From positions 1-64,000 of the IMG/VR virus record IMGVR_UViG_3300045911_000155: a stretch of DNA of 64,000 bases. The stretch is one strand, 5' to 3'. Each line of letters begins with the position of its first letter. Positions within the stretch are counted from its first letter, which is position 1. Below the pieces are notes generated by a model that did not search any database, had not been told where the DNA came from, and saw nothing but the letters and a program-made list of their open reading frames with translations. This document shows, piece by piece, positions 38,532 to 49,728 of this stretch. This stretch comes from a virus. Made by a program: the position numbers and the translations under genes.

Positions 38532-39233
38532 TTAGGCGTACCAAGAGCAGTACTTTGGCTTGCCGTCCCACTTCGAAGCGTTGCCGTGGTCCATCTTGAC
38601 GCTGGTCGCGGTGCTCATGCGCTTGGTCAGGACCGGCGCATCGGCAAGGAAGGCATTCGGCACGGCTTCCATGTTGCAAGCCATGTTGTGCTTCATGTCG
38701 TCGTGGGCGGACGGCACCGGGCGGCTGGTGATTTCCCGGATCTTGACACCCTTCGGGGTCAGGCCGATCACCTGAAAGAAGTCGCAGTTGGTCTGTTCGT
38801 ATCCCCAAGAGTAGTGGAGAACATCACCGACTGCCAATTCACAGGTGACCGCTTTCCGTTCGGCCTTGCGCTGTTCGACGCGCTGGACGCGGGCAGTTTC
38901 GTCGTTCTTGATGCGGAGCAAGTATCCCGCCCGTTCATGCTCAGTGCGGAACCGGTAGAAGGCCATCGGCTTGGTCGCCCGGCCCCGGTAAACCTTGAGG
39001 ATGAAACCGCGTTCGTTCGTGTAGAGGAAGATGAACAGTCCGCCGTGAACTTCGTTCGGGCGGACAATCGTCATGATCGGGGCGGCACCGCCGCCAAACT
39101 GAAGGGTCTGACCGGGCTGGATGCCCTTGATGGCGTTGATAATCTCTTCGTCATCGGCATTGGCTTCGAGCAGTTCAGCGGTACGCACCGGCTGACCGTT
39201 CAACATCAGGATTTCGGGAAGTTCGTTGTTCAT
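38532..39233 (-). CDS. early hypothetical protein
   Basis: cassette promoter 39266-39279; SWGYEQTN.DFFQV motif. Confidence 0.75.
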   Translation of the reverse strand: MNNELPEILMLNGQPVRTAELLEANADDEEIINAIKGIQPGQTLQFGGGAAPIMTIVRPNEVHGGLFIFLYTNERGFILKVYRGRATKPMAFYRFRTEHERAGYLLRIKNDETARVQRVEQRKAERKAVTCELAVGDVLHYSWGYEQTNCDFFQVIGLTPKGVKIREITSRPVPSAHDDMKHNMACNMEAVPNAFLADAPVLTKRMSTATSVKMDHGNASKWDGKPKYCSWYA

Positions 39234-39707
39234 GTCGTCTCTCTGAATCCAGAATACGACAACACGACCTATATGTCAAGCACTATTTTTCGGGAACCAT
39301 CGGGCAAAGGGAGACATCGCCAATTGATCGCGGGTGTTGCGGATCGCGTCGATGAGAGTATCGCCGCTCCCGGCCCATTCATCCGATGCCCGGCCAACGT
39401 TTGTGCGGCGGCGCGGAAGCGGGTGATTTCATCCGGGATGAACTGTTGCAAACCTTGAAGGGTCTGAATGAACAGGATCAGCGGGCCGCTGGTCGGATGG
39501 ACTTTCGCGCGGAGTTCTTTCAACTTCTCCGGGTCGAACGTGATCGCCGGGGCGGTCGGGAAGATGGTCGTCGGGGCTTGGTACGTGGGATGCCGGTTCC
39601 GGTCGGCACAAATGTGGTGCGCGCCGGTGGCGTGGTAGTTCCTTGCGCCGGTGCGGGCGTGGTCGGATCTTCTTCGATGACAAGTTTCTTGAGGCTGTCG
39701 AAAAGGC

Positions 39708-40130
39708 TCATTCGTTTCCGTCTCCCGCCGTCTTGGTTTGGTTTTCCGGTTCCGCTTCGCCTTCAGGCGCTTCGCCAGACGCGGGCCAGCCTTCACCGGC
39801 GGCTTCGGCGTAGATGCGCGCCGCGTTTTCCCGGATGTACTTCGTGAGTTCGGGCGTGAAGTCTTTTTCGACGAACCCACGTTCCTTCAGCCGGTCGAAT
39901 GCGTTCTTCACCGCTTCCTGTTGAGAAGCGTTGCGGCGCATGGACCACTGGATCACTTGGATCACCGTCGTCTTCATCGACTTCGACAGGCTCACGTTGA
40001 TCGTGGGCGCAATCAGCTTGATGATTTCGTGCAGTTTCACGACTTCGGTGCTGAGTTTGCCGACCGTCGCTTCAAGCGTGGAAATACGCTTCAGCAAGGC
40101 GGCTTCGTTCTTCTGTGGCTTGATGCTCAT
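39708..40130 (-). CDS. hypothetical protein
   Basis: GGGAG SD. Confidence 0.6.
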   Translation of the reverse strand: MSIKPQKNEAALLKRISTLEATVGKLSTEVVKLHEIIKLIAPTINVSLSKSMKTTVIQVIQWSMRRNASQQEAVKNAFDRLKERGFVEKDFTPELTKYIRENAARIYAEAAGEGWPASGEAPEGEAEPENQTKTAGDGNE

Positions 40131-40298
40131 GGGGAAACTCCCGTTTGGTTTGACATAAAAGTGTGTCCAAGATCAGTATAGCCTGACATAGTATGTCGTG
40201 TCAACATCAAAACCGCCAGACATACGGATCATTTCGTTCGACTCGTTTCCCACCGGGCATCGCTACAGGACATTATCCTGTTTTGCCACGGTTCCCGG

Positions 40299-40739
40299 AT
40301 GACATATAATCGTAGCACGACTATGGCCGATTCCAAACTTGAATTCGATTTGACCATCGCTATCCCCAAGAAAACATTGACACATGGGTCGTACTACGGT
40401 GGAAAGTGTCGGAATGCCTACATTGCGCGATGGGACGCGACGACCGGCGGCTTCGTCCACTGGCGTGCAAAATTCAACGCCTTCTTCACCGAAAGCATTC
40501 AGCACCCGGAAGACGCGCACAACAACCATTTCGACTACTTCCTTCCTCTTTTTGAGGTTGATCCTGTCGTCCCGATCCCACTCCCCGACGAAGACCGCCC
40601 GAAAAACGTTCAGGCCGAATACAATTCGTGGGAGAAAAATGTCCGGCTGGCCGTTCGTGAACACCTGTCTGTACACGGGAGCGAAGAAGACAAAAGGATG
40701 ATCGCCATTCATCGCCGGATGGAAGGCTCACCAGAATGA
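40299..40739 (+). CDS. hypothetical protein
   Basis: YYGG.CRNA..ARW motif; start probably 40323. Confidence 0.6.
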   Translation: MTYNRSTTMADSKLEFDLTIAIPKKTLTHGSYYGGKCRNAYIARWDATTGGFVHWRAKFNAFFTESIQHPEDAHNNHFDYFLPLFEVDPVVPIPLPDEDRPKNVQAEYNSWEKNVRLAVREHLSVHGSEEDKRMIAIHRRMEGSPE

Positions 40740-40751
40740 GATCATCTAAAC

Positions 40752-41210
40752 ATGGGTATGCTCTACGGAATTGATGGAAAGCCTCTAGGCCAGCAAGAAG
40801 ACACCGCCACCCGCCTGTACCATGTCCAGTTGATGAACATGCTGTTGTTCCAGCGGGATACGTTGATGGGTGTGGTGCGCACCTGTGAATCCGCACTGGA
40901 GAAGATGAACGATCCGAAGCACCAGTTGCACGTTCGGATGATTTCACAGATCGCGGAGAAGGCGAAGGAAGCGACAGAAAACGAAGCTGTGTCTGGTTTC
41001 ATCAGCGGCACCCAAGCGCGGCTGGCATATGAAATTTGTGAACGTCTGGTTGCAGAAGCAAAACTGTTTGATGAAGCGGATTCCGACGAACCGACCACGG
41101 AATGTCAGGAATTGATGCAGACGTTGATCGCCCGGATGCTCACCAAGCTGGCACCGGCGGACGAATCGGAAGCGAAGGCGAATGTCGAATCGGTAGTGGA
41201 AACACCTTAG
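40752..41210 (+). CDS. hypothetical helical protein
   Basis: ORF. Confidence 0.55.
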   Translation: MGMLYGIDGKPLGQQEDTATRLYHVQLMNMLLFQRDTLMGVVRTCESALEKMNDPKHQLHVRMISQIAEKAKEATENEAVSGFISGTQARLAYEICERLVAEAKLFDEADSDEPTTECQELMQTLIARMLTKLAPADESEAKANVESVVETP

Positions 41211-41217
41211 TACTATG

Positions 41218-41268
41218 GTCCTGTATTTCCATTTTTCGTGGTCCCTATGAAAAATAGAAATACAGGAC
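41218..41268. repeat. 20-bp AT-rich inverted repeat
   Basis: GTCCTGTATTTCCATTTTTC / GAAAAATAGAAATACAGGAC, one mismatch. Confidence 0.85.
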
Positions 41269-41475
41269 GCCAATCTTGCATCTAAGGTGTTTTTTCTCCC
41301 CGGAGTGTTTGCTATACTTGGCTATTCTCTGTTGCTGAACGGGAATATACGTGCCTTCGTTGCGGCCAAACGAACGAAGGATCAGAAAGGAGCACGGCGT
41401 CTTATGTAGGTACCAAGTGGACTGCCAGCTAGAACATCTTGCCGACTTGAACCAACACTGAAGAGGGGTTAACCG

Positions 41476-41853
41476 ATGCCAAGGAAGAAAACACTGCCCC
41501 CGACCACCAGTCAGTTGAACGCTGTGGTCACGGCGCTAGCAAAAGAGAATGCGCGTTTGAAAGCGGAACTCGACGAAGTTCAGCAAGACCTGAGCGACAC
41601 CGTTGACCGGATGCTTGCAAATGAGCGAAATGAGAAGAAGACTCAAACGGCGGCTCAAAAGGAACTCGAAGAACTCCATCGGGAGATCGACGGGAAGAAC
41701 CCGGCCAGCAAGGACCCGCAATGGTACATCACCCGTTTGCGGATCATGAAGTCGCAGTTAGAGAAGATGCGCACGCAAGTAGCGCGTCTGGAAAGGATCT
41801 GTACCGAAAACAACATCAACATTGACGACGACGGAGAAGAACAAGTCGCATGA
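41476..41853 (+). CDS. coiled-coil protein
   Basis: GAGGGG SD; ATGA-coupled to ligase. Confidence 0.65.
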   Translation: MPRKKTLPPTTSQLNAVVTALAKENARLKAELDEVQQDLSDTVDRMLANERNEKKTQTAAQKELEELHREIDGKNPASKDPQWYITRLRIMKSQLEKMRTQVARLERICTENNINIDDDGEEQVA

Positions 41854-43286
41854 ACCCAATCAAGAGAATCTTCGAGTACTTCGAGCGCATCCACGCGGCG
41901 AAGGGCCGGAACCTCAAAGTAGCGATCATTGAAGAACTGATCGCTGAAACCGAACTCACGCAAGTCCTAACGGAAATTCTTCAGCACACCTACGACCCCT
42001 ACATCACTTTCGGCGTCACGGCAGACAAACCATCCGCCGCAACATCTTTGATCGAATCGGTTTCGGAAGATGCGTTGCTTGACCACTGGAACGAAACCAA
42101 GGATCTTCTCTCGAAGCTGGCAAATCGCACCTTGACCGGGAATGCCGCCCAAGCCGCTGTCGAAGAGATCATCAGGATGACCCCGGCTCCCTACCGCAAA
42201 TGGTGGGTCGGAATCATCAACCGGAATCTGCGGATTTCCGGCGTCGCTGCAAGCACATGGGCCAAATACATCCCCGGCTTGACGACTAACGTCAACCCGC
42301 AACTGTGCGACAAGTTCGACAACCGCACCATCGCGGAACCCATGTACGTCGAACCAAAATACGACGGCATCCGTGCTGTGTTCGTTCCTCAAGAGAACGG
42401 GACGTTCATCGCATTCAGTCGCGAAGGAAAGCGGCTGTCCAACACCGAACGCCTGTGTGAACTCATCGCCAAAGCTGACAACAGCAAAGTCGTTATCGAC
42501 GGTGAAGTGTTCTATAAGGACTTCCACACCACACAGAGCATCGTCAGCACTCAGTCCGAACACCCGCTGGCCGGGAACCTTCAATTGTTCGCGTTCGACG
42601 CCATCCCGCTGGATGACTGGAATGCGCAATCGTCTTCCCTGCCCCTGTTCCGGCGCAAGGACGTGCTCCGGGCTGTCGTGGACGATATCAATGGATACGT
42701 CCGCCCGCCGAAGCCCACACCCGAAGAAGTGAAAGCCAAGCTGGAACAGCTTATCAAACAGCGCGGCATTCATGGTGTGCAAATCCCGCCGCCGATGGAA
42801 GAACCGAAAGACGATCCGTCTTGGCCGGTTCAGTACGTCCCGGCAAAACTGATCGGATCGAACGCGGCGGCGGAAACGTTCTATCGCGAATGCGTTGCGG
42901 CGGGTTTCGAAGGTATCATCCTGAAGGAATACGCGGCTCACTACGAATACAAACGGTCGAAGACATGGATGAAGATGAAGCCGTCCCATGACACCGACAT
43001 CACCATTGTCGATGCCATCGAAGGGAATCATCGTCTGGTCGGGTCTTTGGGAGCGCTGATCGTGGAAGGCTCCGTGACCTTCAACAATCGTCCCTATAAG
43101 GTTCGTAGTGAAGTCGGTAGCGGGTTCACTGACCCGGAGCGGCAAAAACTGTGGGATCTGCATAAGGCCGGTGAACTGGTGGGCCGGATTGTAGAAGTCC
43201 GCTACCAAGAGCCGGACATCGACGGGGCACTTCGCTTCCCTGTCTTCGTCAGGTTGCGGGACGACCGGGCCGAAGAAGCTGCGTAG
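41850..43286 (+). CDS. gp30: ATP-dependent DNA ligase
   Basis: EPKYDGIR, IDGE, FD, EGIILK, KRS..W.K.K, VGSGFTD, LRFPVF.R.R.D. Confidence 0.95.
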   Translation: MNPIKRIFEYFERIHAAKGRNLKVAIIEELIAETELTQVLTEILQHTYDPYITFGVTADKPSAATSLIESVSEDALLDHWNETKDLLSKLANRTLTGNAAQAAVEEIIRMTPAPYRKWWVGIINRNLRISGVAASTWAKYIPGLTTNVNPQLCDKFDNRTIAEPMYVEPKYDGIRAVFVPQENGTFIAFSREGKRLSNTERLCELIAKADNSKVVIDGEVFYKDFHTTQSIVSTQSEHPLAGNLQLFAFDAIPLDDWNAQSSSLPLFRRKDVLRAVVDDINGYVRPPKPTPEEVKAKLEQLIKQRGIHGVQIPPPMEEPKDDPSWPVQYVPAKLIGSNAAAETFYRECVAAGFEGIILKEYAAHYEYKRSKTWMKMKPSHDTDITIVDAIEGNHRLVGSLGALIVEGSVTFNNRPYKVRSEVGSGFTDPERQKLWDLHKAGELVGRIVEVRYQEPDIDGALRFPVFVRLRDDRAEEAA

Positions 43287-44434
43287 TAGTCTTCTCCTTT
43301 GATTTGATGGGTTCCGTGCCACTCTAAACAGTTGGCATGGAACCCTTTCTTTCTGAAGCCTACATCTTGCGGGACATGCGGACCAATCGCTTTTTCGGCG
43401 GCGGGATCGCATCGGAACTTTTCTCCCATTGGGTAACCGAGTGGCATCAAGCCAAGACGTATCCGTCACCGGATCACCTTCGTCCCGTGCTCGAACAGAT
43501 GATTGCCCGGCGGCAAAAGTACGCCGAATCGAAAAGCGACATCCTTCAGAACATCCCGCTGTTTGAACCCGGCACGATGATGATCCACAAAGTCTCCATC
43601 ACCAAACAAGTGGAAGAGACAGGGCTTACCGTCACGTAGACCACCCTATATACTCAGCGTGACGTTACTTGAAATTCAAGAGCGGCTATACACTTTCGCG
43701 GCACTGCCAGTCAATTGGGACCAACAGAAGGCTACCCCGCCAAACTCCGTAGCCATCGAAACCGCGTGGAAAATCGCCAAACTGTCCGTTTCTCGTTTTC
43801 AGTTCAATCCGACCGACTGTGTTCCTAGCACTAATGGCGGCGTTGCTCTGGTATGGGTACATCCAACCAATCAAGATCGCTATGCCGACATCGAATGTAC
43901 CAACGATGTGAATGTGTGCGCGTGCGCTTCGAGCAAGGAACACGAACTATTAGAAGAGTGGCAGATTCAAGATTTCAGTGTGCCCATCATCGGCCATACA
44001 CAACGGTCACTTGACGATTCGATGGCCCGTCTCAAGAAGTTCATGCAAACCGGTTTTCTCGAATAGCAACCCACGGTACCGTAAAGATCATGGCACTGTA
44101 CATTCCTATTGATCCAACATCTGTTTTGCATTGCAAAAACTTGGTCATGGTCGTGACCTACTTGTGCGGGTTCACTGCCGACAACATGAAGCCTCAAAAC
44201 ACATTGGAGTATTTGGGCGACATCATCGAACTAGGAATGCATGTGTGGTCAGATTTGCGCCGGTTCAATGCCAAGATGTTCGGGTTTGACAAAGACCTCA
44301 TCACTGATATCGCGATCAGCGTTCCCGGCCTAAAATCACAAGATCCACGCTTGCATGCGATCCGTGATAAAATTCAGGAGTACATCTTGCTTTTGAATCG
44401 AAAGAACAACCCGACTCTCTGTTAAAGGATTCCA

Positions 44435-45409
44435 ATGAAACCACACATCATTGCCGGTTCAGGTGGTGCTCACCTGTTGCCGACAATTCAGCAAGTGATG
44501 GGCATCCCGGAAAGCAATCCGGTCGTTTCCAAGAAATTCTCTGACGGAGAAATCTTCGTTCAGATCACACAGAACATCCGCAACGGCGACGTTTTCATCG
44601 TGCAGTCCACCAGTTCTCCGACGAATGATCGTGTCATGGAACTGATCCTGCTGATCGACGCGGCCCGGCGTGGTTCGGCTGAACGAATCACGTGCGTGAT
44701 CCCCTACTTCGGATATGCCCGACAGGACCGCAAAGAAATGTCCCGTGTGGCAATCTCCGCGCGGGCCGTCGCCAACTGTCTCGAAGCTGCCGGTGCCGAC
44801 CGCATCATCGCCGTGGACCTTCACGCCGCGCCGATTCAAGGGTTCTTCAACATCCCCGTAGACAATCTCTATGGTGGCCCGGTGATCGCAGACTCCTACA
44901 CCAACAACTTCCGGTTCGACCCGACGCTATTGACGGTTGTGTCTCCCGACGTGGGCGGCGTCGCCCGTGCCCGCCGGATGGCGGAAATCTTGAACGGCGC
45001 GCCTCTGGCGATCATTGACAAACGCCGCGAACAACACAATGTCGCGGAAGTCATGCACATCATCGGCGACGTGAAAGGTCGGCATTGCTTCATGCTGGAC
45101 GACATGATCGATACCGCCGGGACCGCATGTGAAGGCCGGAAGGCTCTTCTGGACGCGGGCGCGGCTTCCGTCACCTTCGCCGCGACGCACGGTGTCTTAT
45201 CCGGCCCGGCACTGGACCGGATTGTGGATAGTGGTCTGGACGTGATTATCACCGACTCCATTGACCAGTCCCGTGGACCGCACCGCGCGTGGGCGCGCGG
45301 TCAAATCCGCCGCGTGAGCATCGCCCCGCTGTTGGCGCAAGCAATCATGGCGACCCACAACGGCGATTCAATCAGTTCTCTCTTCCCAAGCAAAGCGGCT
45401 GCTGCCTAA
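44435..45409 (+). CDS. prs: ribose-phosphate pyrophosphokinase
   Basis: FSDGE, PYFGYARQDRK, DLHA..IQGFF, VSPDVGG, DDMIDTAGT, ATHGVLS. Confidence 0.96.
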   Translation: MKPHIIAGSGGAHLLPTIQQVMGIPESNPVVSKKFSDGEIFVQITQNIRNGDVFIVQSTSSPTNDRVMELILLIDAARRGSAERITCVIPYFGYARQDRKEMSRVAISARAVANCLEAAGADRIIAVDLHAAPIQGFFNIPVDNLYGGPVIADSYTNNFRFDPTLLTVVSPDVGGVARARRMAEILNGAPLAIIDKRREQHNVAEVMHIIGDVKGRHCFMLDDMIDTAGTACEGRKALLDAGAASVTFAATHGVLSGPALDRIVDSGLDVIITDSIDQSRGPHRAWARGQIRRVSIAPLLAQAIMATHNGDSISSLFPSKAAAA

Positions 45410-45410
45410 G

Positions 45411-45439
45411 AAAAGCCGGGCCTTCGGGTCCGGCTTTTT
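45411..45439 (+). terminator. bidirectional intrinsic terminator
   Basis: AAAAGCCGGGCC-TTCG-GGTCCGGCTTTTT. Confidence 0.85.
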
Positions 45440-45703
45440 GCTGTGTTCGTCAGTGATATACTTGAATTCTATGGATCGGGAAACAGCACTTTCAATCGCC
45501 CAAGAATACTACCCACAAGAAAACCGCCGGGGACTCTTGGACATCCTTTTCGAACAGACCTTGTATCCGGCATATGACCCGGATCTGGACGATCATGCGC
45601 CGTTGTTGCGGCAAGAATTGGAAGCCTACCTACCGCGCTATGAAGAGAAACAAGCACGCAAAGCGGCTCAACAGGCTGTCATGGTTGCTGCCACGGAAAC
45701 CGT

Positions 45704-46201
45704 ATGAGTATTGATCGCCCCGGTTGGGATGAACCAAGGGTCACGTGGACGGTCGGGCGGGTCAGCGCCGGAAACCTCGAAGCCGGGGTGATGCTGCGAT
45801 CCGAATTCGATCTGGTCATCAACGTGAACGATGCCTACATCGCGGAGAGTTCGCAGTTCTGGTTCCCCATCAATGAAGTCGCCCCGTGGGGATACGCTCC
45901 CTTCTTCTACGTCAAACGCATCATTGACGCGCACCCGGACGCCAACGTATTGATCCATTGCGCCGCCGGTGCGTGCCGGTCGCCTTTGATGGTGTTCGGC
46001 TATACCATGTCTCATGGCATGCCGCCGGAAGAAGTCGAAGCGAAGTATGGCGGGCGATACATGACTCTGTACGCCCGCATGAAACGTGACGGCATCATTC
46101 CGCCCAACTTGCCTGAATTCTACGCCATGATGAACAAGTGGCCGGAAAATTCTCTGATGGGTGTCCTTGCCCGGATCGGGGACCCGCGCACGAATGGATA
46201 G
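45704..46201 (+). CDS. dual-specificity/tyrosine phosphatase-like protein
   Basis: VLIHCAAGACRS (HCx5R). Confidence 0.85.
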   Translation: MSIDRPGWDEPRVTWTVGRVSAGNLEAGVMLRSEFDLVINVNDAYIAESSQFWFPINEVAPWGYAPFFYVKRIIDAHPDANVLIHCAAGACRSPLMVFGYTMSHGMPPEEVEAKYGGRYMTLYARMKRDGIIPPNLPEFYAMMNKWPENSLMGVLARIGDPRTNG

Positions 46202-46432
46202 GACCAGATACATCTTTCCTTTCCGGCAAACGTGGTGGTCGGTCTGTAGCCGTCATCGTTACTACGACACACAATGTCACATTTTCCAAAACGGAACATG
46301 GCAATTCGATCTGGTCCACTGGTTCGATGGTCTAATCCACGACCATGCGTATGTCGTTTGGTACAAATGGCACAACCGCCGAAACTCACGGTCGCGGCGG
46401 TTGTTGGAAAGCTGGTTTCCGAAACTGAAAAG

Positions 46433-46812
46433 CTAGACGTGCCCTTCCGACAGCAAGGTCAGTTCGTGTTCCCGGTCCAAGAACTTGTACTCAATCTTGG
46501 TCGGTTGGAACACTTCTAGTGCGCTCACGACATCGTTCAGTTCCATGCACCCGCACGTGTATACGTCCAGTTGCATGATGCCGGGATCAGATTCGTCCCA
46601 CACGTGCAAAGCGATATGTGCGATGTCTTGATGATACAGACACCGGTTGCGCCGCGATTGCCCGGTTCATCAAGGTACTTGACGAACGGACCCGCGAACA
46701 GTTCCATTCCCAATCTCTTCACCAGATCGGCAAGCCAATCGGTGATAACATCTACATCTTTCGGTGGCGTCTTCGTCTCAATGCGGAAGATCAGGTGTTT
46801 ATGTTGAAGCAC
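46433..46812 (-). CDS. speD: S-adenosylmethionine decarboxylase proenzyme, frameshifted near 46612
   Basis: HKHLI..G.TGV.II.TSHI, then second frame HVWDE..P..MQLDVYTCG. Confidence 0.85.
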
Positions 46813-46827
46813 CTTTGTATTTACCGA

Positions 46828-47859
46828 TTAGTAACCTTCCAAGATGCGCTGCTTTTGCATGATTTCGAGTTCCATGAACTCCAGATCAATCGTCGTGGCG
46901 ACCGGCGGCGCGCCGCCCCACGGGTGTTCACGATGCGCGACCCACGCGCCAAGCGGAGTGTAGTTGACCGTCATTCGTTTCAGAGCACACGTGCTGATCT
47001 TGTGGATGAACGGATTCTCTTTTCCGTGGCTAATGAACTTGATGTCGAATTCTGCCGGATAAATCCAGAAACGGCCCGCTGTACCGGCGGCGATTTCCGG
47101 TGCGCTGTAGAATTTGAACGCACTGATGATGTTCGATACGTTTTCCGCTTCTTTCTCGTTTTGCGGAGTGAACTTGAACTTGAAGCTGAACTCACGGAAC
47201 CGAATTCCCCGGAAGATCGCTTCCAAGTGCGGATTGATTGCTAGCCGTCCACGGGTGCTCAATGCATCCTTCAGCGACAGACCAGTGACGGCAGACATTG
47301 CATCCGTCGCATGGATAGCGCCCGAAATGCCAAGGCTCTTGAACACTTCCGTCATGCTTCCTTCGCCGCCGATGGCATCCAGAATGACCTTCGTGTTCCC
47401 CATTTCCGTGTCTTCCCATTCAGCATCGTAGTTGACCACGATGTCTTCAGGCATGTACAGCACAATCGCGGTGCTCACCCGGCGAATCGGCACATAGGTG
47501 CCATTGCCGCGTTGTGCGGGCGACGGAGTGTTCCCGCCTTGTCCCTGTTGGTTTCCCGTAGGGGCGGCGATTGGAGCGTCCCTTGTGCCTTGTACAGTGT
47601 CCGTTTGACTGTTCCGATACAAGGTTGGTTGTTGTGGTGGCGGACCAGCGGCGGTTGAACGGGTGCCAAATTGTGTCGTGGCTGTTTCGTTGATATAGAA
47701 GATGACGTAGTGATCCAACCCGGCACCCGGCTGTCCAAGGTTGAGCGGATAGATGAAGCTGTTGTATTTGTAGCTGCTGCCTTCCAATCCCGCCAAGGGA
47801 CCATCAGACGGGCGCGGTCCAAGCTGAGAAATGTCGTTCGGGTTGTTCGGGTTCGCCAT
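46828..47859 (-). CDS. gp48: baseplate tail-tube cap
   Basis: YPL, LYMP, NP..E..F.G..FR.F.F.FKF.P.N..EA..I..FK, L.F.E. Confidence 0.88.
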   Translation of the reverse strand: MANPNNPNDISQLGPRPSDGPLAGLEGSSYKYNSFIYPLNLGQPGAGLDHYVIFYINETATTQFGTRSTAAGPPPQQPTLYRNSQTDTVQGTRDAPIAAPTGNQQGQGGNTPSPAQRGNGTYVPIRRVSTAIVLYMPEDIVVNYDAEWEDTEMGNTKVILDAIGGEGSMTEVFKSLGISGAIHATDAMSAVTGLSLKDALSTRGRLAINPHLEAIFRGIRFREFSFKFKFTPQNEKEAENVSNIISAFKFYSAPEIAAGTAGRFWIYPAEFDIKFISHGKENPFIHKISTCALKRMTVNYTPLGAWVAHREHPWGGAPPVATTIDLEFMELEIMQKQRILEGY

Positions 47860-47907
47860 GCCCTTCTATTTATTCGGTACCCGGCCAGAAGACGGTAAAT
47901 AGTAGGT

Positions 47908-48282
47908 ATGCAAACCTTCGGCCAGTTCATCCGGGAGATGGCGGAATTCCCGGTGAAGGAAACCCCGCATCAAAAACAGATCCGGCTGAGCCGTGGGTAC
48001 AAGAAGATTGTACGGATCGACGCTGCCAAATTCAAAGCCCGGTTCGAAGCGGAGCAAGGGCAAAAGCTGGATTGGAATGCGTCCCGTGCCGACCGGCTGA
48101 AAGACTTGGAATCGGTTGATGCTTATCCACAAGGTGTTCATGGATTGGGCCGGGCGGGTGGATGTGTTGGACGGACGACATCGAATCGCAAACGCCGCCG
48201 CGAAAGGTATGTCGATCAAAGTTTCTATGCCGAATCGAAAAAAGGAAGGGGACATTCCGTCAGACTTGGTTGTCTGACATAG
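47908..48282 (+). CDS. putative internal head protein (probably frameshifted)
   Basis: MQTFGQFIRE N-terminus after TAAATA. Confidence 0.5.
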   Translation: MQTFGQFIREMAEFPVKETPHQKQIRLSRGYKKIVRIDAAKFKARFEAEQGQKLDWNASRADRLKDLESVDAYPQGVHGLGRAGGCVGRTTSNRKRRRERYVDQSFYAESKKGRGHSVRLGCLT

Positions 48283-48303
48283 ATGTCCCGTGGTATACTC
48301 AAG

Positions 48304-49725
48304 ATGATGTCATTTCGACAATTCCTATTTGAAAGCGCGAAGGCCGAAGAAGCCTTGAACGCGGTACGCAATGCGCTCATCGGTTCGAAGTATGAGCAAG
48401 ACGTGTACCTTGTAGGCGGGGCCGTTCGCGATATGCAAATGGGCTTGCCGGTCAAGGACTTAGACCTTGTGGTGGACAACCACGGTCTTGAGGGTGGCAT
48501 CGAATGTGCGACTTTCTTGGCGAAGGCGCTTGGCGTTTTCCGCCCGGATTCAAACCCGGTGATCTTCCCGCGATTCGGCACTGCGAAGCTGACGTTGAAG
48601 AGCGGGTTCGACGTGGAGTTCGTCGCGCCGCGCAAAGAGAAGTACGACGCCAACAGCCGGAAGCCGGTTGTGTCTGCCGGTACGCTCGAAGACGATGCGT
48701 TCCGCCGCGACTTCACGATCAATTCCCTGTTCATGCGCCTGTCGAATTCCGAACTCCGGGATCTGACCGGGCGCGGTCTGGCCGATTTGAAGCGCAAGAC
48801 CATCCAAACGACCAGCGACGCCACCTACATCTTCAGCGAAGATCCGTTGCGCATGTTGCGCGCCGTCCGGTTCGCAATCAAGTACGACTTCGAATTGCCG
48901 CTGGCACTCATCAAGGCAATCAAGGTGAATGCCCGGCGGCTTCAGACGATCAGCAAGGAACGCATTCAGGACGAACTGAACAAGATCCTTGTGCTGAAGA
49001 CGCCATCGCGCGCGATCCGCCTGTTCAAGATTACCGGGTTGCTGAAAGAGTTCATGCCGGAACTGCAAGCGCTGTCCGGCGTCACTCAGAACGCCTATCA
49101 CAAGCACGACGCTTTCGACCACACGCTTGATGTGCTGGACAATGCGCCGCCGGATCTGACTGTCCGGCTTGCCGCGCTGTTCCACGACATCGGCAAGGCC
49201 GCGACCCGCACCGACGACGGTGGAAAGGTTCGTTTCCTTGGTCACGCCAATGTCGGTGCCGAAATCGCTGTCGAAGTCATGAAGCGGTTGAAGTACTCGA
49301 ACGACGACACGGAGAAGATCCGCAAGATCGTGTTTCATCACATGGACATGAAGTTCGCTGGTGACGATCTGGCGACGCTGAAGGACAAGAGCCTTCGGAA
49401 GCTCATCTTCCGTGTTGCCGACAAACTGGACCCGCTGTTGAGCCTGATGCATGCCGACAACATCAGCCATGCGGAGCACGCCAATATGCCGAATCAGATC
49501 AACCTCATCCGGCAACGCATCAAGGATTGGGACATCGAATCCATCCTGAACACCACCAGTGTTCTGGACGGCAACGAAATCGCCGCCTTGGGCGCGAAGG
49601 GTCCGCTGATCGGCAAGATCAAAGGTCGCATTCTGGACAAGGTTCTGGAGAATCCCTCTTTCTCGAAGAAGGACGCCACTCTGATGGCACAGAGCATGAT
49701 CCGTGATGCCGCCGGAAAGAAGTAA
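48304..49725 (+). CDS. cca: CCA-adding tRNA nucleotidyltransferase with HD domain
   Basis: VGGAVRD, DLD, DAFRRDFTIN, EDPLRMLRAVRF, SKERI, LFHDIGK. Confidence 0.95.
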   Translation: MMSFRQFLFESAKAEEALNAVRNALIGSKYEQDVYLVGGAVRDMQMGLPVKDLDLVVDNHGLEGGIECATFLAKALGVFRPDSNPVIFPRFGTAKLTLKSGFDVEFVAPRKEKYDANSRKPVVSAGTLEDDAFRRDFTINSLFMRLSNSELRDLTGRGLADLKRKTIQTTSDATYIFSEDPLRMLRAVRFAIKYDFELPLALIKAIKVNARRLQTISKERIQDELNKILVLKTPSRAIRLFKITGLLKEFMPELQALSGVTQNAYHKHDAFDHTLDVLDNAPPDLTVRLAALFHDIGKAATRTDDGGKVRFLGHANVGAEIAVEVMKRLKYSNDDTEKIRKIVFHHMDMKFAGDDLATLKDKSLRKLIFRVADKLDPLLSLMHADNISHAEHANMPNQINLIRQRIKDWDIESILNTTSVLDGNEIAALGAKGPLIGKIKGRILDKVLENPSFSKKDATLMAQSMIRDAAGKK

Positions 49726-49728
49726 CGA

